In this document: one piece after another, positions 50,805 through 60,212 of the stretch
Layout of the letters: each line of letters begins with the position of its first letter
Numbering within the stretch: position 1 is the stretch's first letter
From: Trueperaceae bacterium
Lineage (GTDB): Bacteria > Deinococcota > Deinococci > Deinococcales > Trueperaceae
Direction: 5' to 3'
NCBI GenBank assembly: GCA_965214405.1
Contig: OZ243956.1
Location: 896,001-960,000 of the forward strand
Length of the DNA stretch: 64,000 bases
Position numbers and translations under genes: made by a program
Notes under the pieces: generated by a model
The model's input: the letters and a program-made list of their open reading frames with translations, nothing else
What the model was told of the DNA's origin: nothing
Database searches by the model: none

Positions 50805-50931
50805 CAATACTTCGGACACTTGTGTGGAAAGCGCGTCAGGGACGGTATTGCTTAACGCAACCTCCGCTCGGAGGATTTGCGTCGCAGACGAGATAAATTA
50901 GATTTTGCGTCAAAACCTGTCCGAAGTATTG
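50805..50931. mobile_element. 127-bp MITE-like element
   Basis: Perfect 14-bp terminal inverted repeats CAATACTTCGGACA / TGTCCGAAGTATTG, non-coding interior with a hairpin; no clean target duplication. Confidence 0.55.
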
Positions 50932-50970
50932 GGTTATCAAAAATCTCAAAAAATTCGTACGAACACCCAG

Positions 50971-52191
50971 TTAAAAGCCCTCGCAATCGTCGGGTGCCGC
51001 CTCTCCCGCCGCCAACGCCTCCATCCAGGCCACCGTCGCCTCGAAACCCGCCTGACGGGTGTAGCGGTGGCGCACCCCCGGAAAGGTGAGGTAGCGCACG
51101 GGGGAGGAGGCCGCGCAGAGTTCCGTCACAAAAAGCTCTTGCGTGGGGTTCCTGACAATCACGTCGTCGTCGCCCTGGATGATGAGCGCGGGGAGCTTAT
51201 GGCCGGACAAGCCGGTGCGGTTCTCGTCCAGCACGCGCTTCACCTCCGGGAAAGCCTCGGCCAAACCGTCCCCGTAGAGCGCGGCGGCGAACGCGGGCGC
51301 GTAGACGGAGGCGTCGAAGGGGTAAACCTGCTGAATCCGGTCCACGCATTCGGTGTCGGCAACCGTTTGGAGCGTCGGCAACAGGCGTTCGGCCAGTACC
51401 TGAGCGGGGTCGAAATCTGGGTAGGCGGCGCGGTAGGACTGCACGATGTAGGGGGCGTAGTAGGGACCCTCGAGCAGAAGCCGCTCGACGTTGGTCGTCG
51501 CGCCGTAACCGATCATGCCGGTGAGGGGCAGCTCGGGCGCGTAAGCGGGCCGGAGGTCGGCGGCGGAGAAGGCGGCGTGACCTCCCTGGGAGTAACCCGC
51601 CGTAAAGACGGCACCCGACGGTTGTACGGTGGCGGGATACTCGCCAAAAAAGGCGTACGTCGCCCGCACCGCGTCGAGCAGCACCCGCCCCTCGGCGCGC
51701 GCGTTGAAGTAGGCCTGGGTGCGGCTAGGGTCGTTGAAACCGAGATAGTCAGGGAGAATGCCGATAAAGCCCCGGCTCGCATAGGCCAGCAGGTAGGCGC
51801 GGTAGTGGCCTAGCGGGTGGTCGCCATACTCGTACTCCCTCGAGGGCGCGCACTTCTCCGCCAGCCCCGTCGTGCCCGCGCCAAAGGCGTACACGGGGCG
51901 CTCGGTCTCCTCGGTCAAAACGGGGACGAAAAGCGGCGCGACAATCTCGGTGCTGGAGCCGTCCAGGTCGGTCGTGGTGTAACGCAGGCGGTAAGTATCG
52001 ACAGCGTGAACGAGGGGCGGCACCTCGTGAGGGGCAAAAAGCGGCGCGGCGAGCGCTTGGATGTCCGCTGTTTGATACGTGCCGGTGGGGGTCGCCTCGA
52101 GCAGCGTCCCCGGTGTTTGGGCAAAACCGACGCTGATAAACAGAAGGGCGAGGGAAAAGGCTAGCCAAAGGGATTTACAAATTCGGAACAA
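50971..52191 (-). CDS. secreted LIP-family (PF03583-like) lipase/esterase, paralog 2
   Basis: TTG after GAGGAG, signal peptide ending GFAQ, GTTGLAEKCAPS, PDYLG, GYSQGGHAA, QGDDD. Confidence 0.85.
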   Translation of the reverse strand: MFRICKSLWLAFSLALLFISVGFAQTPGTLLEATPTGTYQTADIQALAAPLFAPHEVPPLVHAVDTYRLRYTTTDLDGSSTEIVAPLFVPVLTEETERPVYAFGAGTTGLAEKCAPSREYEYGDHPLGHYRAYLLAYASRGFIGILPDYLGFNDPSRTQAYFNARAEGRVLLDAVRATYAFFGEYPATVQPSGAVFTAGYSQGGHAAFSAADLRPAYAPELPLTGMIGYGATTNVERLLLEGPYYAPYIVQSYRAAYPDFDPAQVLAERLLPTLQTVADTECVDRIQQVYPFDASVYAPAFAAALYGDGLAEAFPEVKRVLDENRTGLSGHKLPALIIQGDDDVIVRNPTQELFVTELCAASSPVRYLTFPGVRHRYTRQAGFEATVAWMEALAAGEAAPDDCEGF

Positions 52192-52271
52192 CGGGTCTCC
52201 TCTCGAGAGTGGCGAAATAACCTGACGTTTCGGAGTTACTTTACCCCACACAGCTCACTGTTTAACACACC

Positions 52272-53486
52272 CTATTCAACAAGCTCACAGTCCGAGGGCG
52301 GCTCCTCGCCGTTGGCCACGCCCTCCATCCAGGCCATCGCGTCTTGAAAACCGATATAGCGCGTTTCGTGGCGGGTGCGCAGGTAGTTGGGGTAGCGCAC
52401 CCGGCTGCCGTTCTCACAGAGCGTCTTTACAAACGCGTTTTGCGACTCCAGAGACACCACCGGGTCGTTCACGCCCTGCAAGATAATCGCGGGGACGCCG
52501 TGCGCGGTTTCTCCGGCGTTATTCTCCTCAAAAACCTCGAAGATGTCGGGATAGGCGTCCGCCAGCGTGTTCGTTTCTAGCGCCTCGGTAAAGGCGGGGG
52601 TAAAGAGATTTTCGGGGCTCGAGGAATAATACGCCTGCGCCCCCAGCACGCACAAGCGTTCGGCGTCCGCGACAAAAGAACTCAGCCACGGCTCGGCGAG
52701 CACCTGGGCGAGGTCGATGCGGTCGCCAAAAAAGGTGTTATAGCTGTAGATGACCCACGGCGCAACAAAGATAAATTCGCGGAAGAGGTTGTCGAGCCGC
52801 GTGGTCGGGCCGAAACCGACGACGCCCTCAAGGGAAACATCCGGCGCGTAGGTCGCGGCCAAGTCGGCGGCGGCGAAGGCGGCGTGGCCTCCCTGAGAAA
52901 AGCCGCCGACGAAAACGCCGTTGAGGGTGACGGGGGTGTCCTCGAGCAGCGCGGCAACCGCCCGCCCCGCGTCCAGCATCACCCGGCCCTCGGCGACGCG
53001 GCTAAAGTAGGGCTGAAGCTCGCCCGTGTCAAAAAAGCCCATGTAGTTGGGCATGATGCTCACGAACCCTTGCCCCGCGTAGGCGAGGGTGTAGGCGTTG
53101 TAGGTGTCCCACGTGCGCGCGTCAACGTAGCCCCTCGAGGGCGCGCACGCCTCGACCAAGCCCGTCGAGCCCGGCCCGAATACAAAGGCAGGACGGCGCG
53201 CGGGTTCGTCAAAATTCGGGACGAACGCCTGCGCCGTGATGGTGCGCGGTTCACCGTCCAAGCCGGTACTCTCAAAGGTAACAAGGTAGCTCTCCACGCT
53301 GTAACGCGCCGGGAGCGGGTCGCCGCCGTTGTTGCGGAAGCGTCCCCCGGTGATGCCATCAATCGCGGCAGGGCTCAGCGTGCCGATTGGCGTGACGCTC
53401 AGCAGCGTGCCCGGTTGGGCCAGCGCAGTGCTGAACGCGCCGCAAGTCACAAAAACGGCAACAACAAATAAAAGGGTAGCTTTCAC
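52272..53486 (-). CDS. secreted LIP-family lipase/esterase, paralog 1
   Basis: Signal peptide ending ALAQ, GSTGLVEACAPS, PNYMG, GFSQGGHAA, QGVND. Confidence 0.85.
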   Translation of the reverse strand: MKATLLFVVAVFVTCGAFSTALAQPGTLLSVTPIGTLSPAAIDGITGGRFRNNGGDPLPARYSVESYLVTFESTGLDGEPRTITAQAFVPNFDEPARRPAFVFGPGSTGLVEACAPSRGYVDARTWDTYNAYTLAYAGQGFVSIMPNYMGFFDTGELQPYFSRVAEGRVMLDAGRAVAALLEDTPVTLNGVFVGGFSQGGHAAFAAADLAATYAPDVSLEGVVGFGPTTRLDNLFREFIFVAPWVIYSYNTFFGDRIDLAQVLAEPWLSSFVADAERLCVLGAQAYYSSSPENLFTPAFTEALETNTLADAYPDIFEVFEENNAGETAHGVPAIILQGVNDPVVSLESQNAFVKTLCENGSRVRYPNYLRTRHETRYIGFQDAMAWMEGVANGEEPPSDCELVE

Positions 53487-53489
53487 AGG

Positions 53490-54662
53490 TCAAGAGTCTC
53501 CTTTGGCGTTGAGAGGTGTGTCATCGGTTGCATCATCAGTCGCGCCACCCACCGCGCCGTCTCTCACGGGCAGGTAGCGCGCGGGAATCTCCCAAATGAC
53601 GAGTTCGGGGCGCGCGTTGCGGAAGGCTTCGCTCGCCAAATACTGCGCCATCGGTGCAAAGGGCCCCTCACCCTCTTTGGCGGCGTTGAGCACGTCCGCG
53701 CGGAGCGCGTTTTGAAGGGCACCCTGAAAATTCCAACGCGAGTTCGCGCTGTAGCTCGAGCCCACCAGCGCCACCGGCACGCGGGGCTCGCCAAAGAGGC
53801 TGCTGCCCGCTTCCAATGGGGTTGTCTTGACCTGCTCGAGCCCGTCCGCCCGCGGCCCCAAACGCTCCAGCCCGCCAAGCGGCACGAACGCCAAAAGGTC
53901 CCCGCGGTAGGACTCAGAGCCCAAAGCCTGCGTCTCAAACCCGGTTTCGCCCAGGCCCTCAAAGGGAACCTTTGCCCGCACCTCGAGCGCCACAAGCTCC
54001 GCCACGGCGCGCGCGCCGAAGGGCGTCCAGTGGGTGTCGGTGCGCAAAAACACGGGGGCTGTCGTTTTGGCTCCTAGCAGCGCCCCCAAAACGTCCGGCG
54101 CGACGATGTTGTGCTCGAGGAGTTCGCCCCTCAGGCTGTCGTAACGCGCGCGCGCCTCGGCGGGCAGGGTGTAGCGCCCCAACGCCTCCTCGTACACGCT
54201 CGCCTTGGCGGGGAGAACGACCACGACGAGCGCCACGCCCTCTCCGGCGAGTTTGTCACGGATATTTAAGATGGTCTCTAAGTTTTGCTCCGTCGCCGCG
54301 GCCCCGTCCGGGTAGGTTTGAAACTCCTCGGTTGTAAAAAGCCAACCGTCCTCGCCTATGAGCACGCCAGGTCGGCCCTCGCGGAAGAGGGTGTACTCGA
54401 GCACGCCCCAAAGGTTCACGGCAGGCGTGCGTAGGGCAAGTTTCTTTTCAAAGTCAGCTTGATAAGCCGCCGTCCAGTCGCCGTTCATGACGCTCTCGTC
54501 CTCTGGAGGCCTGAACGTCGCGGGACTAAGAAGCGCCATGAGCCCTCCAAGCGCCAAAAAGAGCAGCATGAACGCGCCCGGCAGCCAGCGCAAGAGCCGC
54601 TGTGCGGTGAACAGGCGCCCCTTGGCGCGCCGGGTCGCGCGGTCCTTGAAACGGTAGTCCAT
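53490..54662 (-). CDS. algJ: AlgJ/AlgX-like SGNH O-acetyltransferase
   Basis: GEDGWLF, FLRTDTHWTPFGA, LVGSSYS, IWEIPARY. Confidence 0.85.
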   Translation of the reverse strand: MDYRFKDRATRRAKGRLFTAQRLLRWLPGAFMLLFLALGGLMALLSPATFRPPEDESVMNGDWTAAYQADFEKKLALRTPAVNLWGVLEYTLFREGRPGVLIGEDGWLFTTEEFQTYPDGAAATEQNLETILNIRDKLAGEGVALVVVVLPAKASVYEEALGRYTLPAEARARYDSLRGELLEHNIVAPDVLGALLGAKTTAPVFLRTDTHWTPFGARAVAELVALEVRAKVPFEGLGETGFETQALGSESYRGDLLAFVPLGGLERLGPRADGLEQVKTTPLEAGSSLFGEPRVPVALVGSSYSANSRWNFQGALQNALRADVLNAAKEGEGPFAPMAQYLASEAFRNARPELVIWEIPARYLPVRDGAVGGATDDATDDTPLNAKGDS

Positions 54663-56083
54663 CAGAATTGAAAGTAGAGAAAAGGCGAGAAAGTGTCAGC
54701 AGACAAACGCAGCACGCCGAGCGCGAAGAGCGGGAGCACCATAAGCTGAGTCGTGAGCGCAAAAGAAACCAACCGCGAATTATGCGCCCGCGCCCCAACA
54801 AACCCGCGCCACCACGGAGCCAGGTACACGAGCCCCCAGGCGACGACGAGGGCGGTCAGGGCGGAGGGCTCGAGGCGCCAAGCGAGCGTGTCGCTCACGC
54901 CCCAGCCGTTAAGCCCCAGCATCCCTCTATACATGCCCGCCATATCGCCCAAACCCGTCGCCCGAAACGTGACCCAGCCCGCGACAACAACCAGCATCGT
55001 GAGGGGCAAGGCGAGCGCGGGCGGCGGCGTCCGCCAGCCGCGCTCTTTGGCGACACGCTCCACCGCCAGCGCGCCGCCGTGCAGCGCGCCCCACAAGACA
55101 AAGGTCCAGGCCGCGCCGTGCCAAAGCCCGCCCAAAAGCATCACCGTCATCAGGTTGACGTAGGTGCGCGTTCGCCCCCGGCGGTTGCCGCCCAGGGGGA
55201 TGTAGAGATAGTCGCGCAGCCAGCTCGAGAGCGAGATGTGCCAGCGCCGCCAGAACTCGGTCACGCTCTTAGATACATAGGGATGGTCAAAATTTTCACG
55301 AAAGCGAAAGCCCATCATGAGCCCCAGCCCAATCGCCATGTCCGAATAGCCCGAAAAATCGAAGTAGAGCTGAATCGTATAGGCGAGCGCGCCCAGCCAG
55401 GCGTCGGCAAACGTTGGGTCGGGAAGGGCGAACGCCGCGTTCGCCAAGGGCGCGACCGCGTCGGCGATGAGGACCTTTTTGCACAAACCGACCATGAAGC
55501 GCAGCGAGCCCTCGGAAAACCCCTTAAAGGTGTGCGTCCGCGCCCTGAACTGCTCGGAGAGGTCTTTGTAGCGCAAAATAGGCCCGGCGATGAGCTGCGG
55601 AAAGAGCGCGATAAAGGCGGCAACGTCAAAAAAATTGTTCTCCGCGGGCACGTCCCCCCGGTACACGTCGACAAGGTAGCTCACCGCCTGGAACACGTAA
55701 AACGAGATGCCGATGGGCAGCAGCACGCGCAGCGTGCTCAGCGGGTCGCCGCCCAAAGAGACCAAAAGCGCGTTGAGCGAGTCCGCGCCGAAGTTGAAAT
55801 ATTTGAAATACCCAAGCACCCCCAGATTGCCGACTACGCCGACAGCGAGCGCGAGCTGGGCGCGGCGCGGCAGCTCGCCCCAGCGTCCGATGAGGCGTCC
55901 TACAAAATAAGTAAAAAGCGTCGTCCCGGCGAAGAGCAGCAAAAAGTCAACGCGCCACCAGGCGTAAAATGTGTAACTTGCGACTAAAATCCAGGCCGAG
56001 CGCCAGCGAAACGGGAGGAGATAGTAGACGAGTAAGAAAACGGGGAGAAATAAAAAGAGAAAGATTGTCGTGCTAAAAACCAC
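54662..56083 (-). CDS. algI: MBOAT O-acyltransferase AlgI
   Basis: LPIGISFYVFQ, FPQLIAGPI, QLYFDFSGYSDMAIG, FWRRWHISLS, GLWHGA, FLYFQF. Confidence 0.92.
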   Translation of the reverse strand: MVFSTTIFLFLFLPVFLLVYYLLPFRWRSAWILVASYTFYAWWRVDFLLLFAGTTLFTYFVGRLIGRWGELPRRAQLALAVGVVGNLGVLGYFKYFNFGADSLNALLVSLGGDPLSTLRVLLPIGISFYVFQAVSYLVDVYRGDVPAENNFFDVAAFIALFPQLIAGPILRYKDLSEQFRARTHTFKGFSEGSLRFMVGLCKKVLIADAVAPLANAAFALPDPTFADAWLGALAYTIQLYFDFSGYSDMAIGLGLMMGFRFRENFDHPYVSKSVTEFWRRWHISLSSWLRDYLYIPLGGNRRGRTRTYVNLMTVMLLGGLWHGAAWTFVLWGALHGGALAVERVAKERGWRTPPPALALPLTMLVVVAGWVTFRATGLGDMAGMYRGMLGLNGWGVSDTLAWRLEPSALTALVVAWGLVYLAPWWRGFVGARAHNSRLVSFALTTQLMVLPLFALGVLRLSADTFSPFLYFQF

Positions 56084-56092
56084 GCGTTCCTC

Positions 56093-56728
56093 CTACTCCT
56101 CCTGTAATGTGGCGGGCACAACCGCGACCACCGGCCCGCTCTCCCCGTCAAACACCAAAACACTGTAGGCGGTGCCGCGCTCCAACAAACTTGGCTCAGT
56201 TTCTCCTACAAGTTCACTCTCGGCAAACACACCAAGCGCCACCTCAGCCTGATTGACGACGATGCCCCCTTCACCACCGGGCGCGACGTCACTCACAATG
56301 TCCGTCTCGCCGTCCGCGGTTTTTAAGTCGAGTGTTCCGAGGCGCGAGAAGTTGTAGAGGGTGAGGAGGGCTCGAGACGCGTCTACCAACGCCTCGTCGC
56401 GCAAAACGTTGACACCTTCCGGCGTCACAGCGGCGGTGTAAAACTCCCCGGCCTCCACCGTCAAGGGAACGTCCTCACCGGCTACGTTGAGGGTTGCCTC
56501 GCCCGGCTCGAGCACCTGATAAGCCGTCACTGTGGCAAAACCCACCAAATGTACCGCGTCTGCCAACCTCACCTCCACCTCAGGACCCGGCACCGCGTTC
56601 ACGACCCGCAGGTAAGCCGCGTCGGGCGGGGCTGAGGGGCCGTAAAGATTGTCTTGCGCGTGAACGGTTCCCGATATAAACAGCACGGCCAAAAGAAGCC
56701 AGCGTCCTGCCCTGATAGGATTGCGCAT
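56093..56728 (-). CDS. algF: AlgF-like periplasmic O-acetylation accessory protein
   Basis: Signal peptide then LYGPSAPPDAAYLRVVNA, LTLYN, LKTADG. Confidence 0.85.
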   Translation of the reverse strand: MRNPIRAGRWLLLAVLFISGTVHAQDNLYGPSAPPDAAYLRVVNAVPGPEVEVRLADAVHLVGFATVTAYQVLEPGEATLNVAGEDVPLTVEAGEFYTAAVTPEGVNVLRDEALVDASRALLTLYNFSRLGTLDLKTADGETDIVSDVAPGGEGGIVVNQAEVALGVFAESELVGETEPSLLERGTAYSVLVFDGESGPVVAVVPATLQEE

Positions 56729-56934
56729 AAACCGCCTTTCTTTTCGAAGGTAATCTTGGCATGATGTAGATTAATCGTTCAGCGTAACCGTCAAAGCGTC
56801 AGCCACCACCATAGTATGCACCCAGAAGAGGCTTTTGTGGTTTGGGACAGCCTCAAGCTTCACCAATCTTTCATGGCAAAAAGCAAGCAGCCCCGCCCAC
56901 AGGCTCGAGGGACGGTTCGGGATACGCTTTAGAC

Positions 56935-57594
56935 ATGCGCTACCTAACCATCACCGCCCTCGTTGTTTTCTCTTTACAAGCGCTTGCGTGGACGAACGCC
57001 CAGGTTTTACCCGACGGCGTCGACACCCTTCCCTTCGTGTGCCCGCCGCCCGAGCGGGTGAACGAGCCCATGAGCAGGCCCCAGAGCGAGGAGGAGCGGC
57101 TCGAGAGTGAGCGCCGCGCCCGCTACCGCGCCGTCTTCCCCGCCTACGTCGCCGCCGTGCCCGCCGAACCCGACGAAGCGCTCCTGATGCCCGTCGAGGG
57201 CGTGAGAGTGTCCAATGTGGCCGACACCTGGGGCGGGGCGAGGAGCGAGGGGCGCACCCACGAGGGCCAAGACATTTTCGCCCCGACGGGCACGCCCGTT
57301 TATTCGGTCACCTCGGGCTACGTCTACCGCGTGGGCGAGGCGAGACGCGGCGGCAACGTCGTGGTGGTTGTCGGGGGCGGCGCGAGGCGCTACTACTACG
57401 CGCACTTGTCAGCGTTTGCCGAAGGCTTGCGCGAGGGGCAGGCCGTCACGCCCGACACGCTGCTGGGTTATGTGGGCACCACCGGCAACGCGGCGGGCAC
57501 GCCGCCGCACCTGCATTTGGGTTTGTACGCAGGCGAGCCCCTGAGCTGCGAGTGGGACGCTATTGACCCGCTGCCGCTGCTGGTTGACAGGTGA
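56935..57594 (+). CDS. M23 family metallopeptidase
   Basis: HEGQDIFA, YYAHL, GNAAGTPPHLHLG; TACGCT-6nt-ATG. Confidence 0.93.
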   Translation: MRYLTITALVVFSLQALAWTNAQVLPDGVDTLPFVCPPPERVNEPMSRPQSEEERLESERRARYRAVFPAYVAAVPAEPDEALLMPVEGVRVSNVADTWGGARSEGRTHEGQDIFAPTGTPVYSVTSGYVYRVGEARRGGNVVVVVGGGARRYYYAHLSAFAEGLREGQAVTPDTLLGYVGTTGNAAGTPPHLHLGLYAGEPLSCEWDAIDPLPLLVDR

Positions 57595-57741
57595 AAGGTT
57601 CCTTTGTCACGTGCGTTAAACGCACAGGTTTGACGCGTTACAAATCCGAAGGGCCTCGAGCCTCAAGTGCTGTGTGAGGGCGTGAACGTGTGTTTCCGGA
57701 CAGGTTATGTACACTGCAAACGACTACACCAGGAGGGTCTT

Positions 57742-57987
57742 GTGCTCGAGGTCAACGTCCGCGAAGCCAGGCAAAGGCTAAGCCGTCTACCCGACGAGGT
57801 CGAGCGGGGTGGCGAGGTGCAGATTACGCGCCACGGCAAAGTTGCCGCGCGCTTGATACCGCACGGCGCGGTGCCGGAGCCTGAGCGCGTGTTTGGGGAG
57901 GCCGCCGCCCTGCGCGAGCATATTGGGACGCAGCACGGGGTGCGGGACAACCCCATCCTCACCGAACGTGAGGAAGCGCCCTACTGA
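57742..57987 (+). CDS. Phd/YefM family antitoxin (no cognate toxin downstream)
   Basis: EVNVREARQRLS...VERGGEVQITRHGKVAARLIP; GTG after AGGAGG. Confidence 0.8.
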   Translation: MLEVNVREARQRLSRLPDEVERGGEVQITRHGKVAARLIPHGAVPEPERVFGEAAALREHIGTQHGVRDNPILTEREEAPY

Positions 57988-58063
57988 ACGATCTCGACAA
58001 GAGAAAGCTCTAAAATCGTTCCGCCAAAACTTCCCACCTCGCCGCAGCGTGGTCTAATAAAGT

Positions 58064-59068
58064 GTGCCTTTTCGCATCAAACTCACCCTTATCGCCCTCG
58101 GCCTCATCCTGGTGATGCTCACGGTGGTGCCGCTGATTATCCCCGTGCCCGCCCTGGCGGACACCGTCGCCGCCAGGGAACTCGCGGACCCCGACAGCCG
58201 TTTTGTCGAGGTGAACGGTTTACAAGTCCACTACAAGACGAGCGGCGCGGGCGAGCCCACCTTTTTGCTGCTGCACGGCTTTGGCTCGAGCACCTTCTCC
58301 TGGCGTAACGTACTGGCTCCCCTTGAACAAGAGGGCACCGCCGTCGCCTTTGACCGCCCCGCCTTTGGCCTGACTGACCGGCCCCTCACATGGACGGGTA
58401 CCAATCCTTACAGCCTCCAGGGTCAAGAAGACCTCACACTGGGCCTCATGGACGCGCTCGGCATAAAAGAAGCGGTGCTCGTCGGCAACTCGTCGGGCGG
58501 GGCGCTGGCGGTGAGATTTGCGCTGGACCATCCCGAGCGCGTGACAGCGCTTGTGCTGGTAGACCCCGCGCTCGCCGAGGGCGGCGGCGCACCCGCGTGG
58601 GCGAGGCCGCTTTTCAACACGCCGCAGATGAACCGCGCAGGCCCGCTCCTCATGCGTCAGTTCGGCGGCGACGCGGGCGCCGATCTCGTACGCGGCGCGT
58701 GGAGCGACCCCACAAAAGTCACCGACGAGGTGCTGACGGGCTACCGGAAGTTTTTGAGGGTGGAAGATTGGGACAAAGCGCTGTGGGAATTTTCCAAGGC
58801 GAACCGCGCGCCCAATCTGGCATCCGAACTCCCCAAGCTCTCGGTCCCTACCCTCGTCATCACGGGCGCGGAAGATAAAATTGTTCCGCCTGAAGAGAGT
58901 GAACGCGCCTCGCAGGTGATTCCCGGCGCGCAGTTTGCCTCGCTTGAGGGTTGCGGCCACGTGCCGCAGGAGGAATGTCCGGACGCCTTTTTGGGCGCGG
59001 TGCAAAGTTTCTTGAATGAGCGGCTGGGCTTTACCTCCCTTTCCCTCACGCTCGCGTCCAGCCCTTGA
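58064..59068 (+). CDS. alpha/beta hydrolase with N-terminal membrane anchor
   Basis: LLHGFG, FDRPAFG, GNSSGG nucleophile elbow, D (EDKIVP), H (GHVPQEE). Confidence 0.92.
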   Translation: MPFRIKLTLIALGLILVMLTVVPLIIPVPALADTVAARELADPDSRFVEVNGLQVHYKTSGAGEPTFLLLHGFGSSTFSWRNVLAPLEQEGTAVAFDRPAFGLTDRPLTWTGTNPYSLQGQEDLTLGLMDALGIKEAVLVGNSSGGALAVRFALDHPERVTALVLVDPALAEGGGAPAWARPLFNTPQMNRAGPLLMRQFGGDAGADLVRGAWSDPTKVTDEVLTGYRKFLRVEDWDKALWEFSKANRAPNLASELPKLSVPTLVITGAEDKIVPPEESERASQVIPGAQFASLEGCGHVPQEECPDAFLGAVQSFLNERLGFTSLSLTLASSP

Positions 59069-59083
59069 GGTAGACTCGAGCTC

Positions 59084-60142
59084 ATGGCCACACAGACGAT
59101 ATCTCCTACAGCCAATATCACGCTACTCAAAAAACTTTCAGAAATAGCGGGCGTGCCGGGGCGCGAGGAGCGCGTGCGGGACCTCATCAAGAAGGAACTC
59201 GAGGGTGTGGTAGACACCCTTCAAGAGGACGCGCTAGGCAACCTTATCGCGCTCAAATCGGGCGCGGAGGGCGCAAAACGCGTGATGCTCTCGGCCCACA
59301 TGGACGAAATCGGTTTTTACGTCAAACACATTGACGACAAGGGCTTCGTCCGCGTCCACAACGTCGGCGGCTTCGACACGCGCAACCTCTTCGCGCGGCC
59401 CGTGACGGTTCACGCTTCAAGCGGAGATGTGGTGGGCGTCATGAACCCCGCGACCAAACCCATCCACATTTCAACCGCCGAGGAGCGCAAGAAAATCCCG
59501 GAGATGCGCGAGTTTGCGGTGGACCTGGGCCTTGACGGCGAGACGGTCAAAGAAAAAGTGCGCGTCGGCGACCCCATCACGCTGATTCAAGAGTTCCGCG
59601 ACTTGGGTGACGTTGTGACCGGCAAGGCGCTCGATGACCGCGCGAACTGTTGGATACTCGTCCAGGTGCTTAAAAATTTAGAAGCGCCCGCACACGACGT
59701 TTACGCGGTATTCAGCGTGCAAGAGGAGGTCGGCCTGCGGGGCGCGACCACGAGCGCCTTTGGCGTGGAGCCCGACATAGGCATCGCGCTCGACACCACC
59801 CTGGCGGTCGACACCCCCGGCATCTCGAGTGATGAGCGCGTGACCGAACTCGGCAAGGGCGTGGCGTTCAAAGTGATGGACTCGAGCTCCATCAGCACCC
59901 GCTGGCTCCTAGACGCGTTTATCAAACTCGCTGAAGAGGGCGGGATTAATTATCAGCTCGAGCTTCTTCCCTTAGGCGGCACCGACGCGGGCGCGATTCA
60001 GCGGAGCCGCGGCGGCGTGCCGACCCTCACCCTGTCCATCCCGTCGCGCTACGTCCACACTGTGACCGAGATGGTCGCCAAAAGCGATTTGGACGCGTCT
60101 GTAAAGCTGCTGACGCGCTACTTGAGCCAAAACGGAAGCTAG
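59084..60142 (+). CDS. M42 family aminopeptidase
   Basis: AHMDEIG, KALDDR, VQEEVGLRGA, GGTDA, RYVH. Confidence 0.95.
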   Translation: MATQTISPTANITLLKKLSEIAGVPGREERVRDLIKKELEGVVDTLQEDALGNLIALKSGAEGAKRVMLSAHMDEIGFYVKHIDDKGFVRVHNVGGFDTRNLFARPVTVHASSGDVVGVMNPATKPIHISTAEERKKIPEMREFAVDLGLDGETVKEKVRVGDPITLIQEFRDLGDVVTGKALDDRANCWILVQVLKNLEAPAHDVYAVFSVQEEVGLRGATTSAFGVEPDIGIALDTTLAVDTPGISSDERVTELGKGVAFKVMDSSSISTRWLLDAFIKLAEEGGINYQLELLPLGGTDAGAIQRSRGGVPTLTLSIPSRYVHTVTEMVAKSDLDASVKLLTRYLSQNGS

Positions 60143-60212
60143 ACCGACAAACCTCGTGTAGACTTTCCCACTCCTGCGGGTTTTGACGCCTCTGCGGTGC
60201 TACACTTACTCA

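Noticed and set aside
54668..55987. 439-aa antisense ORF opposite algI (similarly 38299-39168, 50905-51813, 61713-62516, 4517-5122)
   Set aside because: Shadow ORFs expected opposite GC-rich genes; no recognisable motifs.
53490..56728. Alginate biosynthesis cluster
   Set aside because: Only the acetylation genes are present; no algD, alg8, alg44, algE or algG homologs in the window.
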